A DNA stretch of 64,000 bases, from NCBI GenBank assembly GCA_041484665.1, contig JBGPIA010000001.1:1-64000 (forward strand). The letters are read 5' to 3'. Under the pieces are notes generated by a model. That model was not told the origin of the DNA. It was given only the letters and a program-made list of their open reading frames with translations, and ran no database searches. Origin of the DNA: Candidatus Krumholzibacteriia bacterium (GTDB lineage: Bacteria > Krumholzibacteriota > Krumholzibacteriia > JAJRXK01). Both the position numbers and the translations under genes were made by a program. Within the stretch, counting starts at the first letter, position 1. Every line of letters starts with the position of its first letter. Positions 48,996 through 58,426 of the stretch are shown one piece after another.

Positions 48996-50057
48996 TCAGC
49001 CGTGCTGCGCTTGCGCGATCCGCTCCCGCTGGATCACGAAGCGCAGCGCGAGATAGAGCAGCAGATTGCCCAGCAGGCCCAGCAGGGCCCAGAACTGTTG
49101 CGCGTAGAACATGAAGACCTGCGTGAGGAAGATCGTCACCAGCACCGATCGCTGAAACATCCGGAACGCCTGCAGCCGGGATCCGCGGATGACCGCGACG
49201 CCCAGCAGCACGAACACCGCCGAGAGCAAGCTCGACACGAGCTGCGCCCAGTCGACCAGGGTAAAGTCGGCGAGCGGGCGCACTGCGGGACCGAAGCCCA
49301 GCACGCGCGTGCGGTCCTGTGCGCCGCGGTGGGCCAGCAAAACCAGGAGCACGACGTGCGCCAGCCGCACGCACAGCTGCGCCACGAAGAAGGCGGTCAC
49401 TCCCGTGACGAACGCAGGCAGGGCAGCGAGCTTGCGGTAGAGGCCGATCAGCGCGCCGCGCAGGTACGCCAGCGGTCCCGGCCGGCCGCGCGGGATCACC
49501 TCGCTGCGCAGGAGCAGCGAGCGCAGCGTGCTCACCATGGGATTGCGCGCGTCGCCGTGCGCGAGGTAGGCCAGGGCACGGTCCCGCTCGTCGGAGTCGA
49601 GATCGTCCACGGCAGCCTCGTGCACCTCCTGGAGCGCGTTGAGGAGGTACTCCTGTTGCAGCGCGCCGCGGTCGCGCAGCGATCGCGCTCCCAGATAGAG
49701 CAGGATGAAGCTGATGTAGATGAGCGAGACGGCGGGCCGGAAGAAGTAGTCGCTGTCGTGGGTGACGAACTTGCCGACCTCGTCAATGAACAGTCCGAAT
49801 CCGACGCCCGCCAGCAGCGTCGCCAGGCGCCGCGTCGCGCGGTCGAGGAACGACACCAGCAGCACGACCGCGGCCGCCATCAGCAGTCCGCCCCACAACA
49901 CGTGGGCAACGTGCAGGCCGGCGCGACCCAGCTCCGGGTAGCCGGCGAGGCGGAGCGTGAAGCGGGTGACCAGGATCGTAGTGACGGCCGCGAGCAGGAA
50001 CAGGTCGAAGGAGCGACCCGCTTCGAAGTCTCGCAGGAAGCGCTTCCGGCTGCGCAC
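48996..50057 (-). CDS. Hypothetical integral membrane protein
   Basis: Several TM helices; LHVAHVLWGGLLM, GVGFGLFIDEVGKFVT..DYFFRPA look family-conserved; GTG start. Confidence 0.75.
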   Translation of the reverse strand: MRSRKRFLRDFEAGRSFDLFLLAAVTTILVTRFTLRLAGYPELGRAGLHVAHVLWGGLLMAAAVVLLVSFLDRATRRLATLLAGVGFGLFIDEVGKFVTHDSDYFFRPAVSLIYISFILLYLGARSLRDRGALQQEYLLNALQEVHEAAVDDLDSDERDRALAYLAHGDARNPMVSTLRSLLLRSEVIPRGRPGPLAYLRGALIGLYRKLAALPAFVTGVTAFFVAQLCVRLAHVVLLVLLAHRGAQDRTRVLGFGPAVRPLADFTLVDWAQLVSSLLSAVFVLLGVAVIRGSRLQAFRMFQRSVLVTIFLTQVFMFYAQQFWALLGLLGNLLLYLALRFVIQRERIAQAQHG

Positions 50058-50298
50058 GCTCGTCCCCCCGGGCCTTGGGCCGCGACTCTGGCGTGGCCGC
50101 CGCGGTCTGCCGTGGCCGTGGCACTGTCGGTGCCCGTCCACCGTCACCGCCCGGACCCAGCCACCGCCGCGCGCAGCGGCGGGGCCAAAGCCGCCGCACC
50201 CCAGCGTAGTCGCCTGCCCCGTCGCGGTCACCTGTTGCCCGAAGGGCAGGCCCAGTGCAGGCTCGGGTGGCGCGCCGGCACGGCCGGCGGGCCAGACT

Positions 50299-50326
50299 CG
50301 GGAATAGATGGCGGTCCAAAGCGGTA
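50299..50326 (+). promoter_or_regulatory. Putative ECF-sigma promoter (copy 1, autoregulatory)
   Basis: CGGGAATAG-N15-GGTA ending 10 nt before the ECF sigma ATG; same architecture at 52806-52833. Confidence 0.65.
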
Positions 50327-50336
50327 GGAGAGGTCG

Positions 50337-51083
50337 ATGAGCCCAGGCAGAGCAGACGAGGCTCCGCAGGGGCGGGAGCCGCCGGGGGAGACGGTCGAGG
50401 TCGCTCCGGCCGGGCGCACGTCCGGCGCTGGGCTGGGCGCCAAGGCGTCTGCCGGCCCGCCCGTCGCTGCGCAGGGTGGACCAGCGGGCGCGCCGGCCGA
50501 CGCGGCTGATTGCCAGGACCTGCGCCGTGACGCGGCCTGGATCCGCGAGATCCGCGGCGGACGCCCGGAGGCCTTTGCCGACCTCGTCGACGCCTACGCG
50601 CCACGGCTACACGCGGTGTTGTGGAGGTTCCTGCGTGACGACGACGACCTGGCCGACGTGCTCCAGGAGACGCTGCTGCGCGCGTTCCGGTCGCTGGACC
50701 GCTACGACGCGACGCGCCCCTTCTACCCATGGCTGCGGAGGATCGCCGTGAACGCAGCCCTGAGCGAGCTGGAGCGCCGCAAGGGCCGCCGCGCGGTCGA
50801 CGAGCCCGACCTGATGCTCGCGGCGCTGCCGGCGAGCGAGCGCGACAGTCCCGACCGCCCCGTGCAGGGCCACGAGCTGGCCGCCGCCGTTGCGTCGGCG
50901 CTCGACAGCCTCCCGCCCCGGTGGGCAGCGGTCTTCCGTCTGCGCACGAACGAGGAGCTCAGCTACGCCGAGATCGCGCAGACGTTGGACATCCCCATCG
51001 GGTCGGTGATGTCGCGGCTGGCGCGGGCGCGGGCCCGCCTCGCGGAGACGCTGGCCGCCCGCTTCGGCCCCAGAACGGAGTGA
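50337..51083 (+). CDS. ECF RNA polymerase sigma factor
   Basis: AFADLVDAY, DVLQETLLRAFRSLDRYD..FYPWLRRIAVN (region 2), LSYAEIAQTLDIPIGSVMSRLARAR (region 4). Confidence 0.93.
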   Translation: MSPGRADEAPQGREPPGETVEVAPAGRTSGAGLGAKASAGPPVAAQGGPAGAPADAADCQDLRRDAAWIREIRGGRPEAFADLVDAYAPRLHAVLWRFLRDDDDLADVLQETLLRAFRSLDRYDATRPFYPWLRRIAVNAALSELERRKGRRAVDEPDLMLAALPASERDSPDRPVQGHELAAAVASALDSLPPRWAAVFRLRTNEELSYAEIAQTLDIPIGSVMSRLARARARLAETLAARFGPRTE

Positions 51084-51088
51084 CTGCC

Positions 51089-52768
51089 ATGAGCGACGAC
51101 CTGCGACACGAGCCTCGCAGCGGTGCCGGGCCTTCCGGCGCCCACGGCGCTTCGGGGGCGCCCCCGCCGTCCGGCGCCTCCGGCGTGCCCGACCCCTGTG
51201 CGCGGACACGCGAGCAACTTGCCGCCGCGATCGACGCGCCGCTGCCCTTGCGCGTGCGCGAGGAGGTCGATCGCCATCTGGCCGGCTGCGCTGACTGCCG
51301 CGCGGTGGCCACCTGGATGGAGCGGATCGACGCGGTCGCCGCCGCGGCGCCGGCTCCTCCCGTGCCGCCCCCGCGCTATTTCGAGGAGCTGCGCCGTAGC
51401 GTGATGGATGAGGTGCTCTTCGACCCTGCGGCCGGCGCCCAGGGCGCACCCACTGGTGCGAGGCCCTGGTGGAAAACGTGGCTGGCGGTGCTGCGCAACC
51501 CGAGGGTGGTGGCGACACTTTGCGCCGTGGCGCTCCTGGGGATCTTCACGTACGCGGAGATTCGCGACCGCGCGGTGCTGTCGCCCAAGCCCCACGGGCC
51601 CGTTGCGCTCGAGAACGAGCTCACGCGAGAGGCCGACCCGGCGCGCCAGGCGGGCCGGGCCGTCGCGCCCGCAACGGCGCAGGACGCGGCGAGCACGCCG
51701 GCCCCCGCAGCGGCGGTGGGCGGGCAGGAGCAAACTGCGCAGCGGGTGCCCTCCCCACCGTCCATCGCGCCGGCCGCGGGAACGGCGGCTCCCGGGGAAT
51801 CCGCTCAGTCCGCGGCGCCCGCAGGAGCGGCGCCAGACGACGAATCCGGCGCGAGCCCGCAGATCCAGCAGGCGCCGGCGCAGACCGCGGTGCGACGCCT
51901 CGGAACGCGGCCCGCTGAGGCGGCACAGGGCCCGTCTGCGGCGCCACCGTCGCCGCAGCGTGCCCGGCAACCAGCCTCAGCTGCCGCGGGCCGCATCGCC
52001 GAACACAAGCTCCAGGCGCAGGCCACCGGCGACCTGCCCGCCGTCGCGGAGCCGCTGGCGCGACCGCGGAATGGCGCCGTGTCGGACCGCGCGGATCTTG
52101 CCGCCAAGAAGCTGGAGCAGGGTGCGCCATCCACAGACGTTGCAACTGCGGACGCCGTCACCGCCGGCGAGGCTGGCGCAGACGCAGCTCGCGGAAACGC
52201 GGCTGCCGCGAATGGGGCTGAGGGCGCAGCAGTGGAGAACGGCAGTGCGAGCAGCACCGGGACCTTCGCTGTCATGAAGGACGCACAGGCCGTGGCGCAG
52301 CTGGCGCCGGGCGACGCGCTCGCGACGCTGCCAACCGAGCAGCGCGTGCGCCGCTGGCTCGCGGTGGCGGCGTCGGAGCGCCAGCCCGCGGCGCGCGAGC
52401 GTGCGCTGGGCGAGCTCCTGGATCTGCTGCCCGTGCCGACGCCCACAGCCGCGCCCGCGCTCAGCGCCGCGCCACTGTCCAAGGCCAGGGCGGCCGGCCC
52501 GGCCGCGCGTCTCTCCGCGCCCGCTCCCGGCAATGAGGGCCTGCCCCGGCGCGCGGCGCCGTCCGCAGCGCCCGCCGCGCCGCCGGCGTCCGCAGCGCCG
52601 ATGAGCCCGCCAGCGCCGGCGAAATTGTCCACCGCGTTGCTCGACTCGGTGGAGATCCTGCTGCGCGAGCAGGAGCCGCGACTTCCACAAGGCGATCTGC
52701 GCTCACGGGTCAACCGCTGGCTGCAGGAGCGGGCCATGCGCGGCGAACACGGCGCCGAGCGCGACTAG
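51089..52768 (+). CDS. Zinc-binding anti-sigma factor (zf-HC2) with TM helix and long Ala/Pro-rich extracytoplasmic tail
   Basis: HLAGCADC (HxxxCxxC), TM helix VVATLCAVALLGIFTYA; 5 bp downstream of the sigma gene. Confidence 0.8.
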   Translation: MSDDLRHEPRSGAGPSGAHGASGAPPPSGASGVPDPCARTREQLAAAIDAPLPLRVREEVDRHLAGCADCRAVATWMERIDAVAAAAPAPPVPPPRYFEELRRSVMDEVLFDPAAGAQGAPTGARPWWKTWLAVLRNPRVVATLCAVALLGIFTYAEIRDRAVLSPKPHGPVALENELTREADPARQAGRAVAPATAQDAASTPAPAAAVGGQEQTAQRVPSPPSIAPAAGTAAPGESAQSAAPAGAAPDDESGASPQIQQAPAQTAVRRLGTRPAEAAQGPSAAPPSPQRARQPASAAAGRIAEHKLQAQATGDLPAVAEPLARPRNGAVSDRADLAAKKLEQGAPSTDVATADAVTAGEAGADAARGNAAAANGAEGAAVENGSASSTGTFAVMKDAQAVAQLAPGDALATLPTEQRVRRWLAVAASERQPAARERALGELLDLLPVPTPTAAPALSAAPLSKARAAGPAARLSAPAPGNEGLPRRAAPSAAPAAPPASAAPMSPPAPAKLSTALLDSVEILLREQEPRLPQGDLRSRVNRWLQERAMRGEHGAERD

Positions 52769-52805
52769 CGGGGCCAGCGAGTCCGGCAGCGCAGAGCGCC
52801 CGTCG

Positions 52806-52833
52806 CGGGAATAGGTCGGCGCGCTCGCGGGTA
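52806..52833 (+). promoter_or_regulatory. Putative ECF-sigma promoter (copy 2) upstream of the VIT-vWA gene
   Basis: CGGGAATAG-N15-GGTA, 52 nt upstream of ATG 52886. Confidence 0.65.
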
Positions 52834-52885
52834 CAGGGGGTGCCACCGTCGTCGAAGATCCCCTTGCCAGACGAAAGGGCACGCC

Positions 52886-55333
52886 ATGGACCGCACCGGG
52901 AATCGCATCCGCCACCCTTCCGATCGGACGCTTTCACCCCTGCAGGCGCTGGCCGTGCTGGCCGCTGCGCTGCTCTCCCTGCTGCTGTACGTCTTGCGTC
53001 CGGCGCTCGCGGCGGCCACGGTGATCGTCCTGCCACCCCCCGACCGGCCACCCGCACCACGCGAGCGCTGGATTCCCACACCGCCACCCATCGAGCGGCC
53101 GTGGCAGGGGCACGTGGTGCCCGAGGATCTGGCGCTGGAGATCAAGATCCGCGATGGCGTGGCCACCACCGATCTGCGTGAGGAGATCCGCAACCCCACC
53201 GACCACCCCATCGAGGCGCAGTTCGTGCTGCCCATCCCCCGCGGCGCCACCGTCCACGACGCGGCGTTGCGCATCGGCGGACAGCTGGTCGAGGCCGAGA
53301 TCATGGAGGCCGGCCAGGCCCGCCGCGCCTACGAGGACATCGTGCGCCGCTGCATCGATCCGGCCCTGGTCGAGCACCTCGATGACGGCCTGCTGCGGAC
53401 GCGGGTGTTCCCCGTTCCGCCGCGCGGCTCGCGCGAGATCCAGCTCACGCTCACCCTGAGCCTTCCCGAGGATTTCGGCGTGGCGCAGTACTCCTTTCCG
53501 CTGCGCTTCGTGTGCGGCGGTGACGAAGGGCCGCGCCGCGTCAGCGTGAGCGGAACGGTCGACAGCGCCCGACCGCTCGAGGAACCCTACAGCCCCACCC
53601 ATGACCTCGACGTGACGCTCGATCGCGACGGCCGCCACGCGCGCTTCTCGCTGCAGACCACCGGCTCGCAGGCCGGTGCCCGCGACCTCCAGATCTTCCT
53701 GCCCACGCGCAGCCACGGGCTTACCATCACCGCTGCAAGCACGCGGCCGCCCGGCGACGACGGCTTCGTGCTGCTGCGCATCTCGCCGGGCGAGGAACTC
53801 GACCGGGGGCCGAGCGCCCCGCGGCAGATCGTATTCGTCCTGGACACGAGCGGCAGCATGCAGGGCGAGAAGTTGGAGCAAGCGCAGCACGCCCTCGCCG
53901 GCTTCCTGCAGGGCCTGGACCGCCGCGACCGCTTCGCTGTGATCACCTACGCCTCGACCGTCACGGCGTGGAGCGAGGAGCTGCAGCCCGCGGACCATGC
54001 GCACGTGCGCGAGGCGCTCGACCAAATCGAAACCCTGCGCGCCGGCGGTGGCACGAACATCGGCGCGGCGCTGGATGCGGCGCTGGACCTCGCCCGCGAG
54101 CCAGGTGAGGGTCCCGCCTACGTGCTGTTCCTCACCGACGGCCAGCCAACGGTGGGCGTGACCGGGGTCGACGATCTGCTCGCAAAGGTCGACCACAGCC
54201 GGCGAGCGCGGGCGCGCTTGTTCTCGTTCGGCGTCGGCACCGACGTGAACACCCGGCTGCTGGACGGAATGGCTTCGGCCACGGGGGCGCTCGCTCGCTA
54301 CGTGCTGCCCGGGGAGGACCTCGAGGTGGCCGTCGGCAACCTCTGCGCGCAGATCACCGATCCCCTGTGGACCGACCTGGAGCTGAGGCTGGCGGGCGCG
54401 GGGCTCCACGATCTGGTGCCCGACGCGCTCCCGGATCTGTTCCGCGGCCAGACGATCACGGTGCTCGCCCGCTATCGCCGCGACGGGCGCTTCGACGCCG
54501 TGCTGAGCGGGCTGCGCCAGGGCGATCGCCGGCGCGAGACTTTGCCCATCGAGCTAGCCCGGCGTGCGACCATCCACGGCTACCTGCCGCAGCTGTGGGC
54601 CGGCCGCCGCATCGCGTCGCTGCAGGCTGCGCTGCGCGCCGGAGGCGACCGTGACGAGCTCATCCGCGAGATCGTCGATCTCGGCACGCGCTACGGGATC
54701 GTCACCGAGTACACGAGCTTTCTGATGCGCGAGCCCGATCCCCAGCTGGCCGCCAGCGTGCGCCAGAGGCTGAAGTTGGACCTCCCCAAAGAGCTGGCGC
54801 AGAGCCTGGGCTCGGTGGCCCAACCGCAGTCGGGCGACCTGGCCGTGCGCTCGGCCGCACGCGACAACCGATTGATGGAGAGCAAGTCACTGGCGCAGCA
54901 GGACGCGCTGGAGGTCGCCGCGTCCGCCCCGCAGGCGAGCGCCAGCGCGAGCGGCGGCAGCTTCCGCAGCCCCACAGCCGCAGCACCGAGCGGATGGCAG
55001 GACGGCAGGGGCGCCGGCGCGAAACGAGCGCAGAGCGATGAGCGCCGCATCGACGGTCGCATCTTCCGCCGCGACGAGCGCGGGCGCTGGATCGACCGCC
55101 TGGCCGAGGGCGCGACGCCGCGCTTGAAGGTCGTCGCGTTCAGCCAGGCCTATTTCGAGCTGCTGCAGATGCGGCCAGACCTGGGAAGCGCCCTGAGCGT
55201 CGGGCCAGCCGTGGTGCTCGCCGCCGGGCGCGAGGTGATCGAGATCGGCGCCGCGGGTATCAGCGAGCTCGACGACGCCGCGCGCGCCTGGTTGCGCGCA
55301 GGCAATGACCATGCGAGCCAGCAGTCCCGCTGA
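52886..55333 (+). CDS. Exported VIT + vWA domain protein (inter-alpha-trypsin inhibitor heavy-chain-like)
   Basis: Signal/TM segment; VIT (IEAQFVLPIPRGA..ARRAYEDIVRR.IDPALVE..RVFPVP); vWA MIDAS DTSGSM, GGTNI, LTDGQPT; LWAGRRI..YGIVTEYTSFL. Confidence 0.9.
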   Translation: MDRTGNRIRHPSDRTLSPLQALAVLAAALLSLLLYVLRPALAAATVIVLPPPDRPPAPRERWIPTPPPIERPWQGHVVPEDLALEIKIRDGVATTDLREEIRNPTDHPIEAQFVLPIPRGATVHDAALRIGGQLVEAEIMEAGQARRAYEDIVRRCIDPALVEHLDDGLLRTRVFPVPPRGSREIQLTLTLSLPEDFGVAQYSFPLRFVCGGDEGPRRVSVSGTVDSARPLEEPYSPTHDLDVTLDRDGRHARFSLQTTGSQAGARDLQIFLPTRSHGLTITAASTRPPGDDGFVLLRISPGEELDRGPSAPRQIVFVLDTSGSMQGEKLEQAQHALAGFLQGLDRRDRFAVITYASTVTAWSEELQPADHAHVREALDQIETLRAGGGTNIGAALDAALDLAREPGEGPAYVLFLTDGQPTVGVTGVDDLLAKVDHSRRARARLFSFGVGTDVNTRLLDGMASATGALARYVLPGEDLEVAVGNLCAQITDPLWTDLELRLAGAGLHDLVPDALPDLFRGQTITVLARYRRDGRFDAVLSGLRQGDRRRETLPIELARRATIHGYLPQLWAGRRIASLQAALRAGGDRDELIREIVDLGTRYGIVTEYTSFLMREPDPQLAASVRQRLKLDLPKELAQSLGSVAQPQSGDLAVRSAARDNRLMESKSLAQQDALEVAASAPQASASASGGSFRSPTAAAPSGWQDGRGAGAKRAQSDERRIDGRIFRRDERGRWIDRLAEGATPRLKVVAFSQAYFELLQMRPDLGSALSVGPAVVLAAGREVIEIGAAGISELDDAARAWLRAGNDHASQQSR

Positions 55334-55471
55334 TGGGCGGCGCGGCTGCGCCGCTCGATGCGATGCTGTGATGCGCGGGGCGGGCTCTGGCCAAGGGGGG
55401 CCGGCCCGCCGCGCAGTGCTCGAGGCGTCATCGCTGGGCGAGGGCGACAGGCGTCTCCGGCAGCCGGGGCC

Positions 55472-56326
55472 TCAGCCGGCTTCTGCCTCGATCAGCGCCT
55501 GCAGGCGCCGCGCCGTCGCCGGCGCGTGACCCGCATAGTGGTTGTTCACGTAGATGAGCACGTGCGCGCCCTGGCGGACCATGCGAATCGTGAAGGCCGC
55601 CCAGCGCTGCAACCGCTCGAGGCGGTCGATCACCTCAGTGTCCCACCGCTGGGTGATGGCCTCGATCTGCTTGCGATTCCCCAACAGCCGCACGTAGACC
55701 GCGGGCCCGGTGCGCAGCTCGAGCTTGCCCTCGACCTCATCCCCGTGGGGCATCCAGGCCTGGTCCACGAGCACCAGGCAGGCGCGGTGTCGCTGGCAGA
55801 TCTCCACCAGCTCGGGCCGCAGCCATGGCCGGTTGCGCACCTCGACGCCGTAGGTCAGGTCATCGGGCAGGTCACCCAGGAAGCGGTCCAGCCGCTCCAG
55901 GAACGGCGCCGGTGAGGCGAATGCCTGCTTGTCGAAGTAGGGGAACTGCAGCACCAGCGGCCCGAGCTTGCGGCCCAGCGTGCGCATGACCTTCAGGAAC
56001 CGGTCGCGCTCCCCGTAGGTCGCGTCCTGGAGCAGCACCCTGCTCGCATCGGGCTTGGCCCCCTCGCCTGCATGGACGATCGAGCGCGGGAACTTCGCGC
56101 ACAGCAGGAACCCCGCGGGCGTCTTGGCGTCCCAGCCCGCGACGGTGGCCGCCGACGGGGTCGCGTAGTAGGTGGAGTCCACCTCCACGGTGTCGAACTG
56201 CGTGGCGTACTGGCGCAGGAAATCGGCCGGCTGGGTCCCCTGCGGGTAGAAGGGCCCCACCCAGTCCTCCGCGCTGAACGAGGACGTCCCGATGCGCACC
56301 TTGCCCGCTTCGCTACCTTTTGTCAT
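55472..56326 (-). CDS. DUF72 family protein
   Basis: IGTSSFSAEDWVGPFYP, FDTVEVDSTYY, KLGPLVLQFP, VEVRN, YVRLLG, YVNNHYAGHAP. Confidence 0.92.
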   Translation of the reverse strand: MTKGSEAGKVRIGTSSFSAEDWVGPFYPQGTQPADFLRQYATQFDTVEVDSTYYATPSAATVAGWDAKTPAGFLLCAKFPRSIVHAGEGAKPDASRVLLQDATYGERDRFLKVMRTLGRKLGPLVLQFPYFDKQAFASPAPFLERLDRFLGDLPDDLTYGVEVRNRPWLRPELVEICQRHRACLVLVDQAWMPHGDEVEGKLELRTGPAVYVRLLGNRKQIEAITQRWDTEVIDRLERLQRWAAFTIRMVRQGAHVLIYVNNHYAGHAPATARRLQALIEAEAG

Positions 56327-56564
56327 GGAACCAAGGGTGGCAAAGATCCGGGCCGGGGGGCAATGGCCTTCCTGCGGCACGCGGTGCGGCGCCCGGCGCC
56401 AGGGGCTACGCGCCAATCGGCATCGACCGCGCTCCCGCACGTCGAAACTGCCTGGCTTGCCCGGTCCACGACGCTGTGGGACACTGAGCCAAGCGGCGGA
56501 CAGCACGGGAGATGCGTGCCGTCGCGTTCGGCCGCGGACGGACCTCGTCAGTCAGGAGTGCCGC

Positions 56565-57827
56565 ATGAGGCCCGAGGAGTCCAGCCTGATGTTCGACTGG
56601 GTGGGAGCGGGGCCCCACCGCTTCGAGCTGCCCGGCGCGGGTCAGGTCATGATCGATGACGAGACGCTCCGGGATGGCTTGCAAAGCCCTTCGGTCACCG
56701 ACCCACCGGTCGAGACGAAGGTCAGGCTCTTGCATCTCATGGACAAGCTGGGCATCGAGACCTGCGACGTCGGGCTCCCCGGAGCCGGCGCGCGCCAGCG
56801 CGAAGCGGTGGAACGATTGTGCCGCGAGATCGCCCAGCATGCCCTGCGCATCCAGGCCAACTGTGCCGGACGCACCCTGGCGGTCGATGTCGCGCCCATG
56901 GCCGAGGTCACCCAGGCCACCGGCGTCCCGATCGAGGCCTGCCTCTTCATCGGCAGCAGCCCGATCCGCCAGTACGCCGAGGAGTGGAATCTCGAGCACA
57001 TCCTCAAGCATACGCGCGAGGCCATCACGTTCGCGGTCAAGGAGGGTCTGGACGTGATGTACGTCACCGAGGACACGATCCGCTCGTCGCCCGAGCACCT
57101 GCGCGTGTTGCTGACGGCGGCGATCGACGCCGGCGCCAAACGTGTCTGCCTGTGCGACACCTGCGGCACGGCGGTGCCCCAGGGCGTGATGAATCTCGTG
57201 ACCTGGGTGCGCAGCCTGATCCACGAGCTGGGCGTCGACGTGGGGATCGATTGGCACGGACACCGCGACCGCGGGCTGGACATGGCCAACACGCTGGCCG
57301 CGATTCAGGCCGGCGCCACGCGCGTCCACGGCACCGCCATGGGGATCGGCGAGCGCGTGGGCAACACGGCCATGGAGCAGATCCTGGTCAACCTGAAGCT
57401 GCTGGGGCTGCGTGACGACGACCTCACGGCCCTGCCGGAATACGTGCGCGTCACGTCGGAGGCGACGGGCATCCCGATCCCGGTCAACAGCCCGATCATC
57501 GGGCGCGATGCCTTCCGCACCGCCACCGGCGTGCACGCCGCCGCCGTGATCAAGGCTCATCGCAAGAGCGACGTCTGGCTCGCCGACCGCGTCTATTCGG
57601 GCGTGCCAGCCAGCTGGATCGGACGCGAGCAGGAGATCGAGATCGGTCCGATGTCGGGCGGCTCCAATGTGGTCCATTACCTCACGACACGCGGGTTCCC
57701 CGCGGCGCCGGAGATGGTCCAGGCAATCCTCGCGGCGGCCAAGCGGTCTGTGCGCCTGCTCACCGAGCAGGAGGTCCTCGACCTCGTGCGCCAGCACGGC
57801 GTCACGACGCGGGCCGCGGGGTCATGA
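56565..57827 (+). CDS. LeuA/homocitrate-synthase family DRE-TIM enzyme lacking the C-terminal regulatory domain
   Basis: DETLRDGLQ, LCDTCG, WHGHRDRG, GIGERVGN; AGGAG RBS. Confidence 0.85.
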   Translation: MRPEESSLMFDWVGAGPHRFELPGAGQVMIDDETLRDGLQSPSVTDPPVETKVRLLHLMDKLGIETCDVGLPGAGARQREAVERLCREIAQHALRIQANCAGRTLAVDVAPMAEVTQATGVPIEACLFIGSSPIRQYAEEWNLEHILKHTREAITFAVKEGLDVMYVTEDTIRSSPEHLRVLLTAAIDAGAKRVCLCDTCGTAVPQGVMNLVTWVRSLIHELGVDVGIDWHGHRDRGLDMANTLAAIQAGATRVHGTAMGIGERVGNTAMEQILVNLKLLGLRDDDLTALPEYVRVTSEATGIPIPVNSPIIGRDAFRTATGVHAAAVIKAHRKSDVWLADRVYSGVPASWIGREQEIEIGPMSGGSNVVHYLTTRGFPAAPEMVQAILAAAKRSVRLLTEQEVLDLVRQHGVTTRAAGS

Positions 57828-57942
57828 GGCGGCGCGCGGCCGGGGCGGCATCGGTGAGCCCTTTGCGCGGCCGCCGGAGGATCGTGATCTGGCGCGCGGC
57901 CGCCAGGCGATCGTGGGGCGGCGGCAGGAGGACGGCACAACT

Positions 57943-58413
57943 GTGGCTGCGATCCGCAAGCAACTGATCGTCGTCGGGGACCGCATCCTGGTCCGTCCCG
58001 AGCGTGGCGAGCAGCGGACGCAGGCGGGGCTCTACCTTCCGGCGACGGTCGCCAGCGAGCAGCCGGTGCGCGGCGGGCGCGTGGTGGGCGTGGGCCCCGG
58101 GCTGCCGGTGCCCGAGCCCGCCGACTACGACGAGCCGTGGAAGAAGAAGCCTTCCGAGCCACGCTACGTGCCCCTGCAGGCGAAGGTGGGGGACTACGCG
58201 CTCTTCCTCAAGAACGCCGCGGTCGAGATCAACTTCGAGCGGGAGCATTTCCTGATCGTCCCCAACGGCGCGGTGCTCGTGTTGGTGCGCGAGGAGATCA
58301 GCCTGCCCGACGGGCTGGGCGAGAAGTTCCAGGGGCTTGCCGAGCTGGACGCTTCCGGCGGCTCGCTGGACGAGCCCGGGTTGGGCAGCCCCCCCGCGTC
58401 CGGCCGGGACTAG
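57943..58413 (+). CDS. Stand-alone GroES/Cpn10 family co-chaperone with acidic C-terminal extension
   Basis: VVGDRILVRP..RTQAGLYLP..GRVVGVGPG..KVGDYALF; AGGAGG RBS before GTG. Confidence 0.85.
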   Translation: MAAIRKQLIVVGDRILVRPERGEQRTQAGLYLPATVASEQPVRGGRVVGVGPGLPVPEPADYDEPWKKKPSEPRYVPLQAKVGDYALFLKNAAVEINFEREHFLIVPNGAVLVLVREEISLPDGLGEKFQGLAELDASGGSLDEPGLGSPPASGRD

Positions 58414-58426
58414 GCCGGCACCTTCC

